DNA of 64,000 nt, taken from IMG/VR virus record IMGVR_UViG_3300045988_101018, positions 61,635 to 125,634 of that record, one strand, 5' to 3'. The notes below the pieces were generated by a model, which saw only the letters and a program-made list of their open reading frames with translations, was not told the DNA's origin and did not search any database. Position 1 is the stretch's first letter. Each line of letters starts with the position of its first letter. Below, piece by piece: positions 1 to 9,834 of this stretch. The DNA comes from a virus. A program made the translations under genes and the position numbers.

Positions 1-474
1 ATAATACATGAACCTGTGTGGTTTGACTTCACCGTGGTAAGGCATACAGGCGTATAGCCATCGTATTTCACGCTGGTGTCAAAGTCGGCAACCGCGCCAT
101 ACCTTAATGATTTGGCGGCAGACGTGAAGCTCTTTGTCGTGTACTGGGATACGGAATGCTATGTTAAAAAATAACAAAGGTTGCCCTTACGCTTCTGTTG
201 CCAGACTGTAAATATAAATATCCATTTTGATAATAGGCAGTTGCGTGTAGGCTTATGTCAGAAACATAATAGCAATCTACACAATCGTCAGGCCGTGTAT
301 TATTTTTAATAAAATGAGATATGGGAAACACTGTAGAACATAGCGGTCTATTATTGTAAACGCATATTAAACAACCCATTTTTGTTGTGGGTAAATTGAC
401 TTTAAATGATTCGTATGAAGTAGAACCGCTTGTTTTTGCCACCTCTACAGGAGCTTGGGATACGGAATCCCCAG

Positions 475-1371
475 TTAGCTTATAGCCCTTATTTTAGACT
501 TTCTAGCTTTGTCGAATATCAGCTTCTCAACAGCCGCCTGAGCTTCTTGGCAGATTGTTTTACGAGGAACGATATAGTGATTATATGCTGTGCTAATCTC
601 TGTATGACCAAGCATCATGGCAACGGTTTCGATGCCAACTCCTGCTTCAATTGCAAGTGTAGCCCATGTATGACGCATGTTAGTCATAGATACATATGGT
701 ACACCCATCTTCTTACACTGTGACTTGATAGCACGAGCTGCTTTATCGGGAGATACATCACCGATAAGAAGCCCATGTCCTTTAATCTGCTTTAGGCGCT
801 GACGTGCAAACTTAGGTAGATAGCAAGACCTAGTAGACTTTTCTGTCTTAGTTTTTACTGTGATGATTTGACCGTTCACATATTGGCGCGACTTGCTAAT
901 ACGCACCTCGCCAGTCTTAAGATTGATATCAGACCATTCGAGAGCGCAAGCTTCGCCACGGCGCAAACCAAGAGTTACAGCACAGATAGTTACGGCTTCA
1001 GCCCAATGACCCCACATGCCGCGAAGCATCTCTGATACCTCTTGTGCGTCTAAAACATCTGGGCGATAAGGCTTGGGGTGGTTTACTTCTATGTATGCGG
1101 TTGGATCGATAATATGTAGGCGCTTCTTGCGAATCCACCAACGGATGATTTGGCGAATACATTTAAACGCTTTCTCTCCTGCGCCAGCTTTTTCAAATGA
1201 GTCTACCCACTCCTGCAAATCATCAGGGCAGATATCTTCAATCTCACATTCGCCCCATCGCGGAAGTACATGAAGACGCATTGATGAGTCGTATCCAGCT
1301 ATGGTGGATGCCGCCATCTTCTGTGTTTTCTCGGGTAGATAATGCTGTTCATAGATGTCGATAAGTTTCAT
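475..1371 (-). CDS. tyrosine recombinase / phage-integrase family (Int1, XerC/D-like; no obvious arm-binding N-domain)
   Basis: 298 aa; catalytic-domain motifs GLRRGE (Arg), MRHTWAT (HxxR), C-terminal LGHTEISTAYNHY with nucleophile Tyr. Confidence 0.85.
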   Translation of the reverse strand: MKLIDIYEQHYLPEKTQKMAASTIAGYDSSMRLHVLPRWGECEIEDICPDDLQEWVDSFEKAGAGEKAFKCIRQIIRWWIRKKRLHIIDPTAYIEVNHPKPYRPDVLDAQEVSEMLRGMWGHWAEAVTICAVTLGLRRGEACALEWSDINLKTGEVRISKSRQYVNGQIITVKTKTEKSTRSCYLPKFARQRLKQIKGHGLLIGDVSPDKAARAIKSQCKKMGVPYVSMTNMRHTWATLAIEAGVGIETVAMMLGHTEISTAYNHYIVPRKTICQEAQAAVEKLIFDKARKSKIRAIS

Positions 1372-1390
1372 TTTTTAAATCCTTTCATTG

Positions 1391-1447
1391 AAAAAATCCC
1401 ACGCAATTTAACTCGAAATGAGTATATAACTTGCGTGGGATTTTTTC
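1391..1447. terminator. 17-bp perfect inverted repeat (GAAAAAATCCCACGCAA / TTGCGTGGGATTTTTTC) with 23-nt loop; bidirectional terminator/insulator between int1 start and tail-fibre operon
   Basis: stem read directly; T-run follows on plus strand, and on minus strand hairpin is followed by TTTTTTCAATG then int1 RBS. Confidence 0.5.
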
Positions 1448-1565
1448 AATGGTGCATATAAATTTATTTATATATAAATTAAAAGTTCTACAATTTTGAA
1501 TATTAGAAAACACATTTTATGTTACAATATTAACCATATTTATAAACTCTAATGACCAAGGAGGT

Positions 1566-2402
1566 ATGTCTATGTACGAAGTGCCTTGTTTAAATCTTAA
1601 CGGAGACACAATTAATAGATTCTATCAATGGGACATAGACCAGAAGATAGTTATCGACCTTAATGGATGCGATGAGAGATATCTTCAGAATCCACCTGAA
1701 GTACATTTCTCTAATTCAAGTAGGAAAGAAGCGTTGGTTGTTCGCTCTACTGTAAAATATAGTGGTGATGATGTAGCTGTTCAAGATGACAGTGTGGCAA
1801 CAATGCACGCAGGAGATATCATTATTGCCGATATTCCTAATATTCTATTGCAGGAGCCTTATCCTCTACTTGTCTATGTATATTTAACTGACGCAGATGA
1901 TTCGTCTTCTCAGAAAACAATTCTATATAGTGAGATCCCTGTTCGTAAACGTGCAAAGCCAAGCGATTATCTCTACGTTGAGAATATTACTCGCATTACT
2001 GCCGAGATGATTAAAAAAGAAATTGAATCTAGCACCGAGACGGCTAGAACAAATGCCATTAACGAGATTAATAACGTTAAAACAGAGTCTATAGCTACTG
2101 TTACAGATACAAGAGATGCTGCTGTAAATACCATAACACAGACTAAGACAAACGCCGTTAGCACTGTTGATGAAGCCAAAGAAGGCTTTATCACCACTGG
2201 CAACGCCCTTGTTAATACCGCCACTGAGATTAAGAATAATACTCAGAAGACATATGATAATGCCGTTTCTGTTGCAAATAAGACTCAGCAGACTATTGAG
2301 ACAAACATAAACACGCTCATCACAAAGAACGGCGTGTATCTTAAGACTGTTAACGATGGAAGCGGCAATGCAAATCTTGCCATTCTCGTAAACCAATCAT
2401 AA
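1566..2402 (+). CDS. tail-fibre-associated structural protein (Asn/Thr/Ala-rich repeat region, C-terminal LVNDGSGN motif)
   Basis: 278 aa; RBS AAGGAGG upstream; repetitive N/T/A-rich segments; paralogous C-terminus with next ORF. Confidence 0.6.
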   Translation: MSMYEVPCLNLNGDTINRFYQWDIDQKIVIDLNGCDERYLQNPPEVHFSNSSRKEALVVRSTVKYSGDDVAVQDDSVATMHAGDIIIADIPNILLQEPYPLLVYVYLTDADDSSSQKTILYSEIPVRKRAKPSDYLYVENITRITAEMIKKEIESSTETARTNAINEINNVKTESIATVTDTRDAAVNTITQTKTNAVSTVDEAKEGFITTGNALVNTATEIKNNTQKTYDNAVSVANKTQQTIETNINTLITKNGVYLKTVNDGSGNANLAILVNQS

Positions 2403-2417
2403 AGGAGGTGCGATGAT

Positions 2418-2885
2418 ATGTCAACTGCCTATCATGTTGAAACTATCGAGCGCATCACCGAGCAGATGTTGACAGAGGAAGTAATCAGCGATGTAAACAA
2501 GATAATGTGGGACGCAGACACACAGGTTAAAAAGATTAAAACTGATGCTGTTAATGAGATTGAAAAAATTACTCCCGAAGCTGTCAATACAATCAACAAA
2601 ATTGAACAAGATGCTTTAAAGTATATTGCCAGTGAAAAGCGGGATATGATTTTCACTTTGGGTGAGAATGATGCCGATGGTAATCCAGCAGTAAGGGGCA
2701 AACTGCGCAAAATTGATACTGATACTACTGCGATATATAATAAGCTTCTTGATGTCGCTCCCAATACAGAAGCAAAGATACAGCAAAATATAAGAATTAT
2801 GATTGTTAATGATGGTTATGCTATTGAGCTTGTAAACGATGGCAGTGGAAACATTGCCGTTAATTTAGCAAGGAGGTCTGTATAA
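2418..2885 (+). CDS. tail-fibre-associated protein, paralog of preceding ORF (C-terminal ELVNDGSGN motif)
   Basis: 155 aa; RBS AGGAGG; shares VNDGSGN C-terminal motif and repeat character with 1566-2402. Confidence 0.55.
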   Translation: MSTAYHVETIERITEQMLTEEVISDVNKIMWDADTQVKKIKTDAVNEIEKITPEAVNTINKIEQDALKYIASEKRDMIFTLGENDADGNPAVRGKLRKIDTDTTAIYNKLLDVAPNTEAKIQQNIRIMIVNDGYAIELVNDGSGNIAVNLARRSV

Positions 2886-2889
2886 AAAT

Positions 2890-3711
2890 ATGGATGGAAA
2901 TAAGATAATGAAATCCCTTGGCGGTCTTGAGGTGTATGACGAAGCTTGCAGACAGCGCGTTGTAGGTATTACAAGTGCTGGCACTGGTGCTGCATATACT
3001 GCTGCCGTTAAGGCAATTGAAGTTCTTTCTGTTGGTGCTAACTTTGTTATGGTGCCACATGTTACTAGCACTACTACTGCGCCAACATTAAATGTCAATG
3101 GTCTTGGCGCGAAGAATATTAGGATACGTATTTCTAGCTCTCCTAAATCTACTATTCAGCTGCCAAGTGAAGATTTCCTTACAAACGGCAAGCCAGTAAG
3201 ACTTATATATGACGGTCAATATTGGATTGTAGATGATATGGTTCAGCCTAATGCCAATGGCCTATACGGTACTGTTCCTGTGGCTTCTGGTGGCACTGGT
3301 GGCACAACTGTTGAAGAAGCCAGAAACAACTTGGGTCTTGGAAATACAAGCGGTGCTCTGCCTATTGCTAATGGCGGTACTGGATGTACAACACTTGCAG
3401 ATGCTAAGAAGCTATTTAGCGTAGCAGATGATACTGGTGTCATTCCAGTATCGAGTGGCGGCACTGGTGCCAAGACCGCTGCTGATGCTAGAACGAATCT
3501 CGGTATTACTCTTGCCAATATCGGAGCCGCTGCAAGTTCTCATAAGCATGATGCTTCAGATATTACAAGCGGCGCTCTTGCTATCGAGCATGGTGGTACT
3601 GGTGCAACAAATGCGAAAGCTGCCTTGAATAATCTCGGTATCAGATGGGGTAAAGATAAAGCCGAGGATTCTGGTACACCGAATACCATCTATATTCAGT
3701 TGCTTGATTAG
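2890..3711 (+). CDS. tail fibre protein with repeated GGTGxT...A(R/K)xNLG(I/L) motifs
   Basis: 273 aa; at least 5 copies of the GGTG[AC]xT..A..NLG repeat typical of phage tail fibres. Confidence 0.75.
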   Translation: MDGNKIMKSLGGLEVYDEACRQRVVGITSAGTGAAYTAAVKAIEVLSVGANFVMVPHVTSTTTAPTLNVNGLGAKNIRIRISSSPKSTIQLPSEDFLTNGKPVRLIYDGQYWIVDDMVQPNANGLYGTVPVASGGTGGTTVEEARNNLGLGNTSGALPIANGGTGCTTLADAKKLFSVADDTGVIPVSSGGTGAKTAADARTNLGITLANIGAAASSHKHDASDITSGALAIEHGGTGATNAKAALNNLGIRWGKDKAEDSGTPNTIYIQLLD

Positions 3712-3723
3712 GTGGTGATGTAG

Positions 3724-4557
3724 ATGGCTGTTGACAAATATGGTGGCGAAGATACGCACTCTTATAGCTGGGGTACTGGCACAAGCCAAGCATATGTATG
3801 GGCTGAAGTGACAAATAAAGACGATGATACATCTTATGTACATGTAAAAGGATGTGTTTCATCTAAAGGCAATTATAGAATTAGTCAATATGGTGTTCAT
3901 GTTCAATCTGGACAAAATGGGTCTAATCAATGGACTGACACAACCGCCGTATTTGACTATAATAATTGGGTCGGCAATATTGATAGCACATGGGAAGTAG
4001 CCCGTGGAAAAAACGATAAAAGCGTAAATTGTTGGACTAAGTATTGGGGAGAAAAGGTAGGCGGCATAGGCGCTGGTTCTTGGGCTGGCAGTGTATCTGT
4101 AGATGTTACAGTTCCAAAACGTCCATATCATGAGCATGGAACCCCAACTTTAACAACTATAAAGACAACCGCACACTATGGCGAAACCATAACATTGTCT
4201 TTTGCCAAAAGTGAAACACAGGGCAACGCAAACTTTAAGCGCTTTGAATTATATCAAGGAACTACTAAGCTATATAGTGGTACTGATACAAGCTATACAG
4301 TTACACCTTCTGATGTCACTGGTGTAGTAGGTGGTACTGCAACATATACTCTTAAAGAAGTGCATGAGTGGTATGATGAATACCCGTCTAAAGAAACCTC
4401 AATATCTATTAAGGTACAGTCTGGTGTTGTCACTATATATGATGAGAATAGGGTAAAGCACGTTGGTCTTGTCACAATGTATGATGAGCAGCGTGTCAAA
4501 CACTATGTATTGATTACTGCATATGACGAAAACGGCAAGGCTCATAATGTGGTATAA
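3724..4557 (+). CDS. tail fibre / receptor-binding protein (putative)
   Basis: 277 aa; position in fibre operon; C-terminal near-duplicate segments (VTIYDENRVKHVGLVTMYDEQRVKHYVLITAYDENGKAH). Confidence 0.5.
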   Translation: MAVDKYGGEDTHSYSWGTGTSQAYVWAEVTNKDDDTSYVHVKGCVSSKGNYRISQYGVHVQSGQNGSNQWTDTTAVFDYNNWVGNIDSTWEVARGKNDKSVNCWTKYWGEKVGGIGAGSWAGSVSVDVTVPKRPYHEHGTPTLTTIKTTAHYGETITLSFAKSETQGNANFKRFELYQGTTKLYSGTDTSYTVTPSDVTGVVGGTATYTLKEVHEWYDEYPSKETSISIKVQSGVVTIYDENRVKHVGLVTMYDEQRVKHYVLITAYDENGKAHNVV

Positions 4558-4598
4558 TATAGGTAACATAAGTTAGGCTGCGTTCTAATGAGAACATT

Positions 4599-5411
4599 AT
4601 GTCTGAAACATCAGAACAATCTTTTATTGGCACAATGTCAACCAATGAGATTTGGAGGGGCAATGATACAAGTCGGTGTCTAACTGACGATCTAAATGCT
4701 ATGGACACAATTCATGAATCTTTGCCAAACACTTATGCTGCTAAGAATCATACGCACTCTGGATATGCTGCTAAAAACCACACTCACAGTTATCTGCCTT
4801 TAAGCGGTGGCACACTCACAGGAAATGTCACAACAAGCAAAGACATTAATATGGGTGTAGAAGCTGCTATACAAGGCAAGACATCAGACGGAACTTTGAA
4901 GAATGTATTCGTCCCCGTGTCTGCTGCTGGCAATACGGCAATTGGATATGACAACTATCAAAAGTCTGACGGAACAACTAATCTATACGGAAACTCTGTT
5001 CGTATTTGGAGTAAAACTGGCGGTCTTACTGGTTCTAATTATGGTGAAAATAAGGTTCTGTGGAGCGGTGCCTTATACGTAAAAGAGGATACTACTATTG
5101 CCCTTTCTGGCAATGTGTCTGCGCAACCTCATGGCATTTCTCTAATATTCAGTGCATATGACGTTGACAATGCATCTCCTGTTAATTCTAGCTGGAACTC
5201 TTTCTTTGTTCCTAAATATGCTGTAGCAAATGATAACGGCGGTGGGTTCTCATTCATACTTGAGCGTGCTGGAAAGTTCTACAAGAAGTATCTTTATATT
5301 AATAATAATGAGATAAAAGGTAATGCTGTAAATAACAACTCAGCCCTTTCTCTTCATGGTCAAACAGTTGACAACAGAAACATGGTTCTTCGTTACGTAA
5401 TCGGTGTTTAA
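4599..5411 (+). CDS. tail fibre protein with (A)KNHTHS His-rich repeats
   Basis: 270 aa; tandem YAAKNHTHSGYAAKNHTHSY motif typical of phage distal tail fibres; followed by strong terminator. Confidence 0.65.
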   Translation: MSETSEQSFIGTMSTNEIWRGNDTSRCLTDDLNAMDTIHESLPNTYAAKNHTHSGYAAKNHTHSYLPLSGGTLTGNVTTSKDINMGVEAAIQGKTSDGTLKNVFVPVSAAGNTAIGYDNYQKSDGTTNLYGNSVRIWSKTGGLTGSNYGENKVLWSGALYVKEDTTIALSGNVSAQPHGISLIFSAYDVDNASPVNSSWNSFFVPKYAVANDNGGGFSFILERAGKFYKKYLYINNNEIKGNAVNNNSALSLHGQTVDNRNMVLRYVIGV

Positions 5412-5417
5412 ATAATT

Positions 5418-5453
5418 CAGGGAAACAGATTAATTTCTGTTTCCCTTTTTTTT
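5418..5453. terminator. rho-independent terminator (bidirectional hairpin GGGAAACAG...CTGTTTCCC + T8)
   Basis: perfect 9-bp stem followed by TTTTTTTT on plus strand; ends tail-fibre operon and abuts convergent small ORF. Confidence 0.75.
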
Positions 5454-5586
5454 ACGATTTTTGGTTGCCTTCTTTTTCAATAATGTATTTTAAATCACTG
5501 CAAATAGATTGTATTTCCTTTTGAACACTTTCTAATCTAGATAATATTTTATTTACTGAATCTCGCTGTAATGTCATTGAATCCAT
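5452..5586 (-). CDS. small hypothetical protein (~44 aa)
   Basis: ORF below 60-aa cutoff; RBS AAAGGAGATGG before ATG; stop abuts the bidirectional terminator. Confidence 0.35.
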   Translation of the reverse strand: MDSMTLQRDSVNKILSRLESVQKEIQSICSDLKYIIEKEGNQKS

Positions 5587-5639
5587 CTCCTTTTAGATAT
5601 TAATTATAGTATATAAAAAAGAGGTTCAATTAAGAACCT

Positions 5640-6030
5640 CAGTGAGTGTAAGGTGTTGTATATTTGAGCCTAGTTGCGTAGACTTAGCCGAAGGAAATGG
5701 ACGATAGTGTTTAAGCAAATCCATAAGCAAATATGACTCAAATACATACAACATTAATATAAGGTATTGCTTAATTTAAGCAAATATAGGAAATCCCAAA
5801 CCCTTTGTCTATCAAGGAGTCATAATTACTTACTCGTTGTTATCTCCTAGAACTCCAAATGCAAAGCCCTTATATATATTACTTTATTTATATGGCGTTT
5901 GCAAGCCTGTTTAGAAATTTTACGCAAACGATACGCAACTGCTTTAAAACGTAAAAAATAAATTTGCTTAAATTTCTACGCAAATTGAATCTCTACGCAA
6001 ATACGCAAATAATGAATATAAAAAAAGACT
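5640..6030. repeat. repeat-rich non-coding region, candidate attP with arm-type sites (TACGCAA[A/C] x>=6 both orientations; TAAGCAAAT x4)
   Basis: no ORF; direct/inverted short repeats counted by eye; sits between tail-fibre operon and arm-binding-type integrase as attP does in lambda. Confidence 0.4.
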
Positions 6031-6056
6031 CCCATTATAATAGGAAGTCTTCTGCT
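6022..6056 (-). terminator. rho-independent terminator after int2 (stem AAGACT/AGTCTT, U7 on minus strand)
   Basis: hairpin overlapping int2 stop codon followed by TTTTTTT on minus strand. Confidence 0.6.
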
Positions 6057-7231
6057 TTTGCCACTTCTTCATTCAGTTTTGTCTCTAACAAGTGGGTATA
6101 TTTCAAAGTGGTAGCATAACTAGTATGCCCCATGATTCTTTGTATAAACACTGGATCTAATTTCTTTTCAAAACACCTAGTAGCAAACGTATGTCTAAAC
6201 GCATGTGGATAGATGTGTTCCATTTTTTCTGGCGCTCTGCCTTCTATTGCCGCATTATATTCTTCTTTTTCGTTGATGTTCTTCAATACCTTTTCAATGT
6301 TATGGGACAATGCATATCTTGTTACTGGCGAGCCAAGTGTTGTCGTAAAAACTAAATCGCCTAACTCTGGTCGCAATCTCCATCTACTTCCAAGCTTTGC
6401 TTTGTATTGGTCTTGTTTTACCTTCCAATCTTTAAATAGTTCTCCTACATTCCCGAAGAACGGAATAGTTCTGTAGCTATTGCTCGTCTTTGGCGTTGTG
6501 AGATATTCCATTTTCTTGCCGTCAACATAGCCAATGCTCAGGCTTCTTTGTATCCTGATTGTTTTGTTTTGCCAGTTTATATCCTGCCATTGAAGGCCGC
6601 TGAATTCACCGATTCTCATGCCAGTAAGTAATAAGATTTGGTAAGCTTCATTGTAATACTCATGTTCTATTTCATCTAAAAACATTTTCATTTCACGAGA
6701 ACTCAAAACCCTACGTTCTTGAACAGCTTCATTCTCGTCTTTTATTGCTATATTAATACACGGGTTAGACTTAATGATTTGATTCATAACCGCTATATCC
6801 AAACACTCTCTGAGTACGCCAAGTGCTTCTCTCAGCGTTCTTGCTTTGAATTTACTAAGCAATTCGTTTGTTGTGTCTTGCATATTCATATGAGATATAT
6901 TCTCTATCTTTTTATCCCCTATTGCAGCAATGTATGTGTTAGATACTTTTCTATGATATGCCTTTTTAGACACTTCCGACTTCAATGCTGGCTTTTTGTA
7001 TTTTTCAAACCACTCTTCAAACCATTCAGACAGTGTAAGGTTTGGTCTAATATTCTTTTCGTCTCTTAGAATCTTAATTTTTTCTTCTTCAAAACGTTTC
7101 TTTAATGTTGGTAGATGCATATCGTATAAGCAAATTTTTGTACCATTAATCATTGCACGCGCTTCAAAACGTTTATCTTTTCGTTGACTGTATCCGCGCC
7201 CCAAGTCTTTGCCTTTAAGGTCTTTCCCCAT
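6035..7231 (-). CDS. int: phage integrase, tyrosine recombinase with N-terminal arm-binding-type domain (Int2)
   Basis: 398 aa; catalytic motifs TGMRIGE (Arg), HAFRHTFAT (HxxR), LGHTSYATTLKYTHL (Tyr); long N-terminal extension. Confidence 0.85.
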   Translation of the reverse strand: MGKDLKGKDLGRGYSQRKDKRFEARAMINGTKICLYDMHLPTLKKRFEEEKIKILRDEKNIRPNLTLSEWFEEWFEKYKKPALKSEVSKKAYHRKVSNTYIAAIGDKKIENISHMNMQDTTNELLSKFKARTLREALGVLRECLDIAVMNQIIKSNPCINIAIKDENEAVQERRVLSSREMKMFLDEIEHEYYNEAYQILLLTGMRIGEFSGLQWQDINWQNKTIRIQRSLSIGYVDGKKMEYLTTPKTSNSYRTIPFFGNVGELFKDWKVKQDQYKAKLGSRWRLRPELGDLVFTTTLGSPVTRYALSHNIEKVLKNINEKEEYNAAIEGRAPEKMEHIYPHAFRHTFATRCFEKKLDPVFIQRIMGHTSYATTLKYTHLLETKLNEEVAKAEDFLL

Positions 7232-7415
7232 GATGTTAACACACCTTTATAATATATTTTTACAACAATATTGTATCTTTGTTTTACGTAAATTACAAAA
7301 GATAAGTTCTATAAAGAATATTTGCACAAAAATGGGGCTTGTTATAGCCCCACTGCATATATATTTAGTTGTTATTTTGCCGCGGGTAATCCAACGGTAT
7401 GTTGACCACATCTAT

Positions 7416-7805
7416 CTAATTGTTCTTTGCCTGCGTAGTAAATGTATTAGAAACAATAATAAAACCACTTAGCTCTTTATACTTATTAAGATACCAACGA
7501 GACTTTTCCATGTTCTCTTCGATATCACCTTTATATGGCGCTCTATACCTGTATTTCCAGCAGTTTAGAAGACAAAAATTCATAACTGCTTCTTTTCCAA
7601 AGACAAGAATCATCTCATCAATACATTCCATTCCATGCTCATAATGAGGAGGTTCGTTTACCATATCAACATCATCCTCATCATTAACAGGCTTGTCATA
7701 CATACTGTTTACAAACTCAGCAACCTCCTTAAGCTCCTCCTCATTACCATGAACAATAAGAGAGTTGTTGCCGCTCTTGCTCTCGTTATAACTAATTACC
7801 GCCAT
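7416..7805 (-). CDS. DUF3310-like phage protein (PPHYEHGMECIDEMI motif)
   Basis: 129 aa; resemblance to the NHPxHY..G.IE.ID signature of DUF3310 recalled from memory. Confidence 0.45.
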   Translation of the reverse strand: MAVISYNESKSGNNSLIVHGNEEELKEVAEFVNSMYDKPVNDEDDVDMVNEPPHYEHGMECIDEMILVFGKEAVMNFCLLNCWKYRYRAPYKGDIEENMEKSRWYLNKYKELSGFIIVSNTFTTQAKNN

Positions 7806-7806
7806 G

Positions 7807-8538
7807 CTACTCCTCCTCGCCTGTAATCAATTCTGAATATGGAAGTGTTTTGATCCAGTCGCACAACGTATGCCACTCATTAAGCTTATGGTTCTTGCGA
7901 GACTTATACATGTTCGCAAGAACCTCATAATTCAGCATGACAGTGCGCTTCTGATTATACGAGCTAGGTAGAAGCTGAATCATTTGCCACCAATATTTTT
8001 TATCTTTCGTCTCAAGATAGGCGCTTCGATATTTGTTCAAGCCTTCAATGGTTAATTCGAGAAGATCTTTTGGCCAGATGGTAGTAGCATATTTAAAATA
8101 TGTGTAGTGTTCATCATCCGCATAGGGCTCGGCGACAAGCCTATCATTATCCGAGTCTTGGTCTGGATTCTCAGCCAAATGCTCATGACTAAAATCATCA
8201 ATAGTAAACTCTTTAGCCTGAATCTTATGCATTGTGCTGCAAGAGTTTGCGACTGTGCCAACCTTGTAAGTATCGAATTCCTTCCACCAGTATAGCGGAG
8301 CTGTGATATCGCAATACACAGTAATCATACGAAGATACTTACGATGGTCTGTGCCAGCATTGCGAAGGCGCTTCATAAGATTCAAATCGTTATTGCCGAC
8401 TTCAAATACGCCCTTATATGAATCTCCACCATAATACTTATATTCGCTGTCGCTCTTAGCCCAAGAGTTCATTGGGTTGCGCATACCACGAATAGCGGGT
8501 TCCAATCCACATATCTCGGTCTTTTCAATTTTCAGCAT
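7807..8538 (-). CDS. hypothetical protein in nucleotide-metabolism cluster
   Basis: 243 aa ORF; weak overall resemblance to ThyX fold but RHR-x7-S catalytic motif not found. Confidence 0.5.
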   Translation of the reverse strand: MLKIEKTEICGLEPAIRGMRNPMNSWAKSDSEYKYYGGDSYKGVFEVGNNDLNLMKRLRNAGTDHRKYLRMITVYCDITAPLYWWKEFDTYKVGTVANSCSTMHKIQAKEFTIDDFSHEHLAENPDQDSDNDRLVAEPYADDEHYTYFKYATTIWPKDLLELTIEGLNKYRSAYLETKDKKYWWQMIQLLPSSYNQKRTVMLNYEVLANMYKSRKNHKLNEWHTLCDWIKTLPYSELITGEEE

Positions 8539-8618
8539 ATATCCTCCTAGAACTTTATATGAAGTGCCAAAAGACTAATATCTTTATATGTCTTTTGGCA
8601 CTATTATAACATATGTAT

Positions 8619-9305
8619 TTATTTGTTTAGATAAGAATCAATGGCAATCTCTAAGAACTTTAGGTAGTCTTCCCAAAGACCACGCTTATAGATATAGCCC
8701 TTGACATCGCGTGTAAGACACAAAGACTTCATATCTTGCCTGTAGTCAAACAACTTGCGCTTACCCTTCGGCCTTAGTTTCTTCGCTAGAACTTCATTGA
8801 GAAATCTATCATTAAACTTCTTAATGACGATATAGTTGTCTAGCTTTGAAACTAGACTTTTATAACGAGCAAGCTCATTTTCGGGTATATCTACCTGCGC
8901 TTTTGGTAGGTTCTTTGACGAGAATGGGCTAGTTTTCGCACCACTAGTCTTAGGCTTCATTAAAGAAGCAACTTGATCCATATCAGAAGCGTTAAACTTA
9001 AATACTACCTCTCCATCTGATTCATCACAGTCAAAAACATTTACGCCATTTTTCTTGAGGGCTTTAACTACGTTATGACCACGTTGAACAGATGGAATAT
9101 AAGCAATAAGCTTAGACCTACCATAATGCCAAATTCTTGAATTGTAATAGCATGGAATATACACATTATCCTCGTCAATCTTACCATTACAATCACGACA
9201 GAAATCATTTGTTGCATTATTGATAACAGGTAAAATACGATATACAGATTTATAATGATTAACTAAATAACCACTCATTAAACCACCCCCCCTACAGATA
9301 ATCAC
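8619..9305 (-). CDS. hypothetical protein
   Basis: 228 aa ORF in minus-strand operon; start may be internal Met. Confidence 0.5.
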   Translation of the reverse strand: MIICRGGGLMSGYLVNHYKSVYRILPVINNATNDFCRDCNGKIDEDNVYIPCYYNSRIWHYGRSKLIAYIPSVQRGHNVVKALKKNGVNVFDCDESDGEVVFKFNASDMDQVASLMKPKTSGAKTSPFSSKNLPKAQVDIPENELARYKSLVSKLDNYIVIKKFNDRFLNEVLAKKLRPKGKRKLFDYRQDMKSLCLTRDVKGYIYKRGLWEDYLKFLEIAIDSYLNK

Positions 9306-9834
9306 CGATAGACCATCCGCTTAATACACCGTTGCCAATAAGATACATCATAAACATATCCACAGATTCTTTAACCTCAATAGCAGGTGCAAACTTTGGA
9401 TTACGCTCAAGCATACTCTGATAATCATATGGCTGAAGAAACTCTTCGTCCAATACGTCAATTTTTAAATCTTCTGGCTTATCTTTTGGAATTGTGACAT
9501 TGAATGTTATTGTCGGATATTTATGTACATGCTTGCATAGATACCATGATGAAGCACCTAAATCATAAAACCCGAGTCTATTCATTTCATCATCGGAGAG
9601 AATATGCGCTTTTACATTTGCATTCAATCCATTTTTATTAATAGGTACTTTGCGAAACATACAACGCGCCTTTCCAATTGGGCGAAAGCATTCACATGCG
9701 TTTAAGTCTTTATCAATATCATCATACTTGACTTCACAAGGAATCGCCCAGTCATTCCAACCAAGATAGTGCTTGCATACATCACATGTATACTTACTTT
9801 GCATCTGTTGACCCCAGACCACCATTGCGCACAT
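9292..9834 (-). CDS. hypothetical Cys-rich protein
   Basis: 180 aa ORF, several CxxC pairs. Confidence 0.5.
   Translation of the reverse strand: MCAMVVWGQQMQSKYTCDVCKHYLGWNDWAIPCEVKYDDIDKDLNACECFRPIGKARCMFRKVPINKNGLNANVKAHILSDDEMNRLGFYDLGASSWYLCKHVHKYPTITFNVTIPKDKPEDLKIDVLDEEFLQPYDYQSMLERNPKFAPAIEVKESVDMFMMYLIGNGVLSGWSIGDYL

Noticed and set aside
164-723. ORFs 164..442(-) and 430..723(+) from the six-frame track
   Set aside because: 430..723 lies antisense inside the int1 gene. 164..442 is low-complexity with no RBS. Both look like chance ORFs in AT-rich DNA.
1566-5411. Invertible tail-fibre segment (shufflon / G-segment-like) controlled by flanking tyrosine recombinases
   Set aside because: No inverted repeats were found inside or flanking the fibre genes. 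The convergent orientation is explained by a lambda-like J-attP-int layout. Kept only as a low-probability alternative for Int1.
7807-8538. Flavin-dependent thymidylate synthase ThyX
   Set aside because: There is a vague resemblance of the hydrophobic core, but the diagnostic RHR-x7-S motif is absent. It is left as hypothetical.
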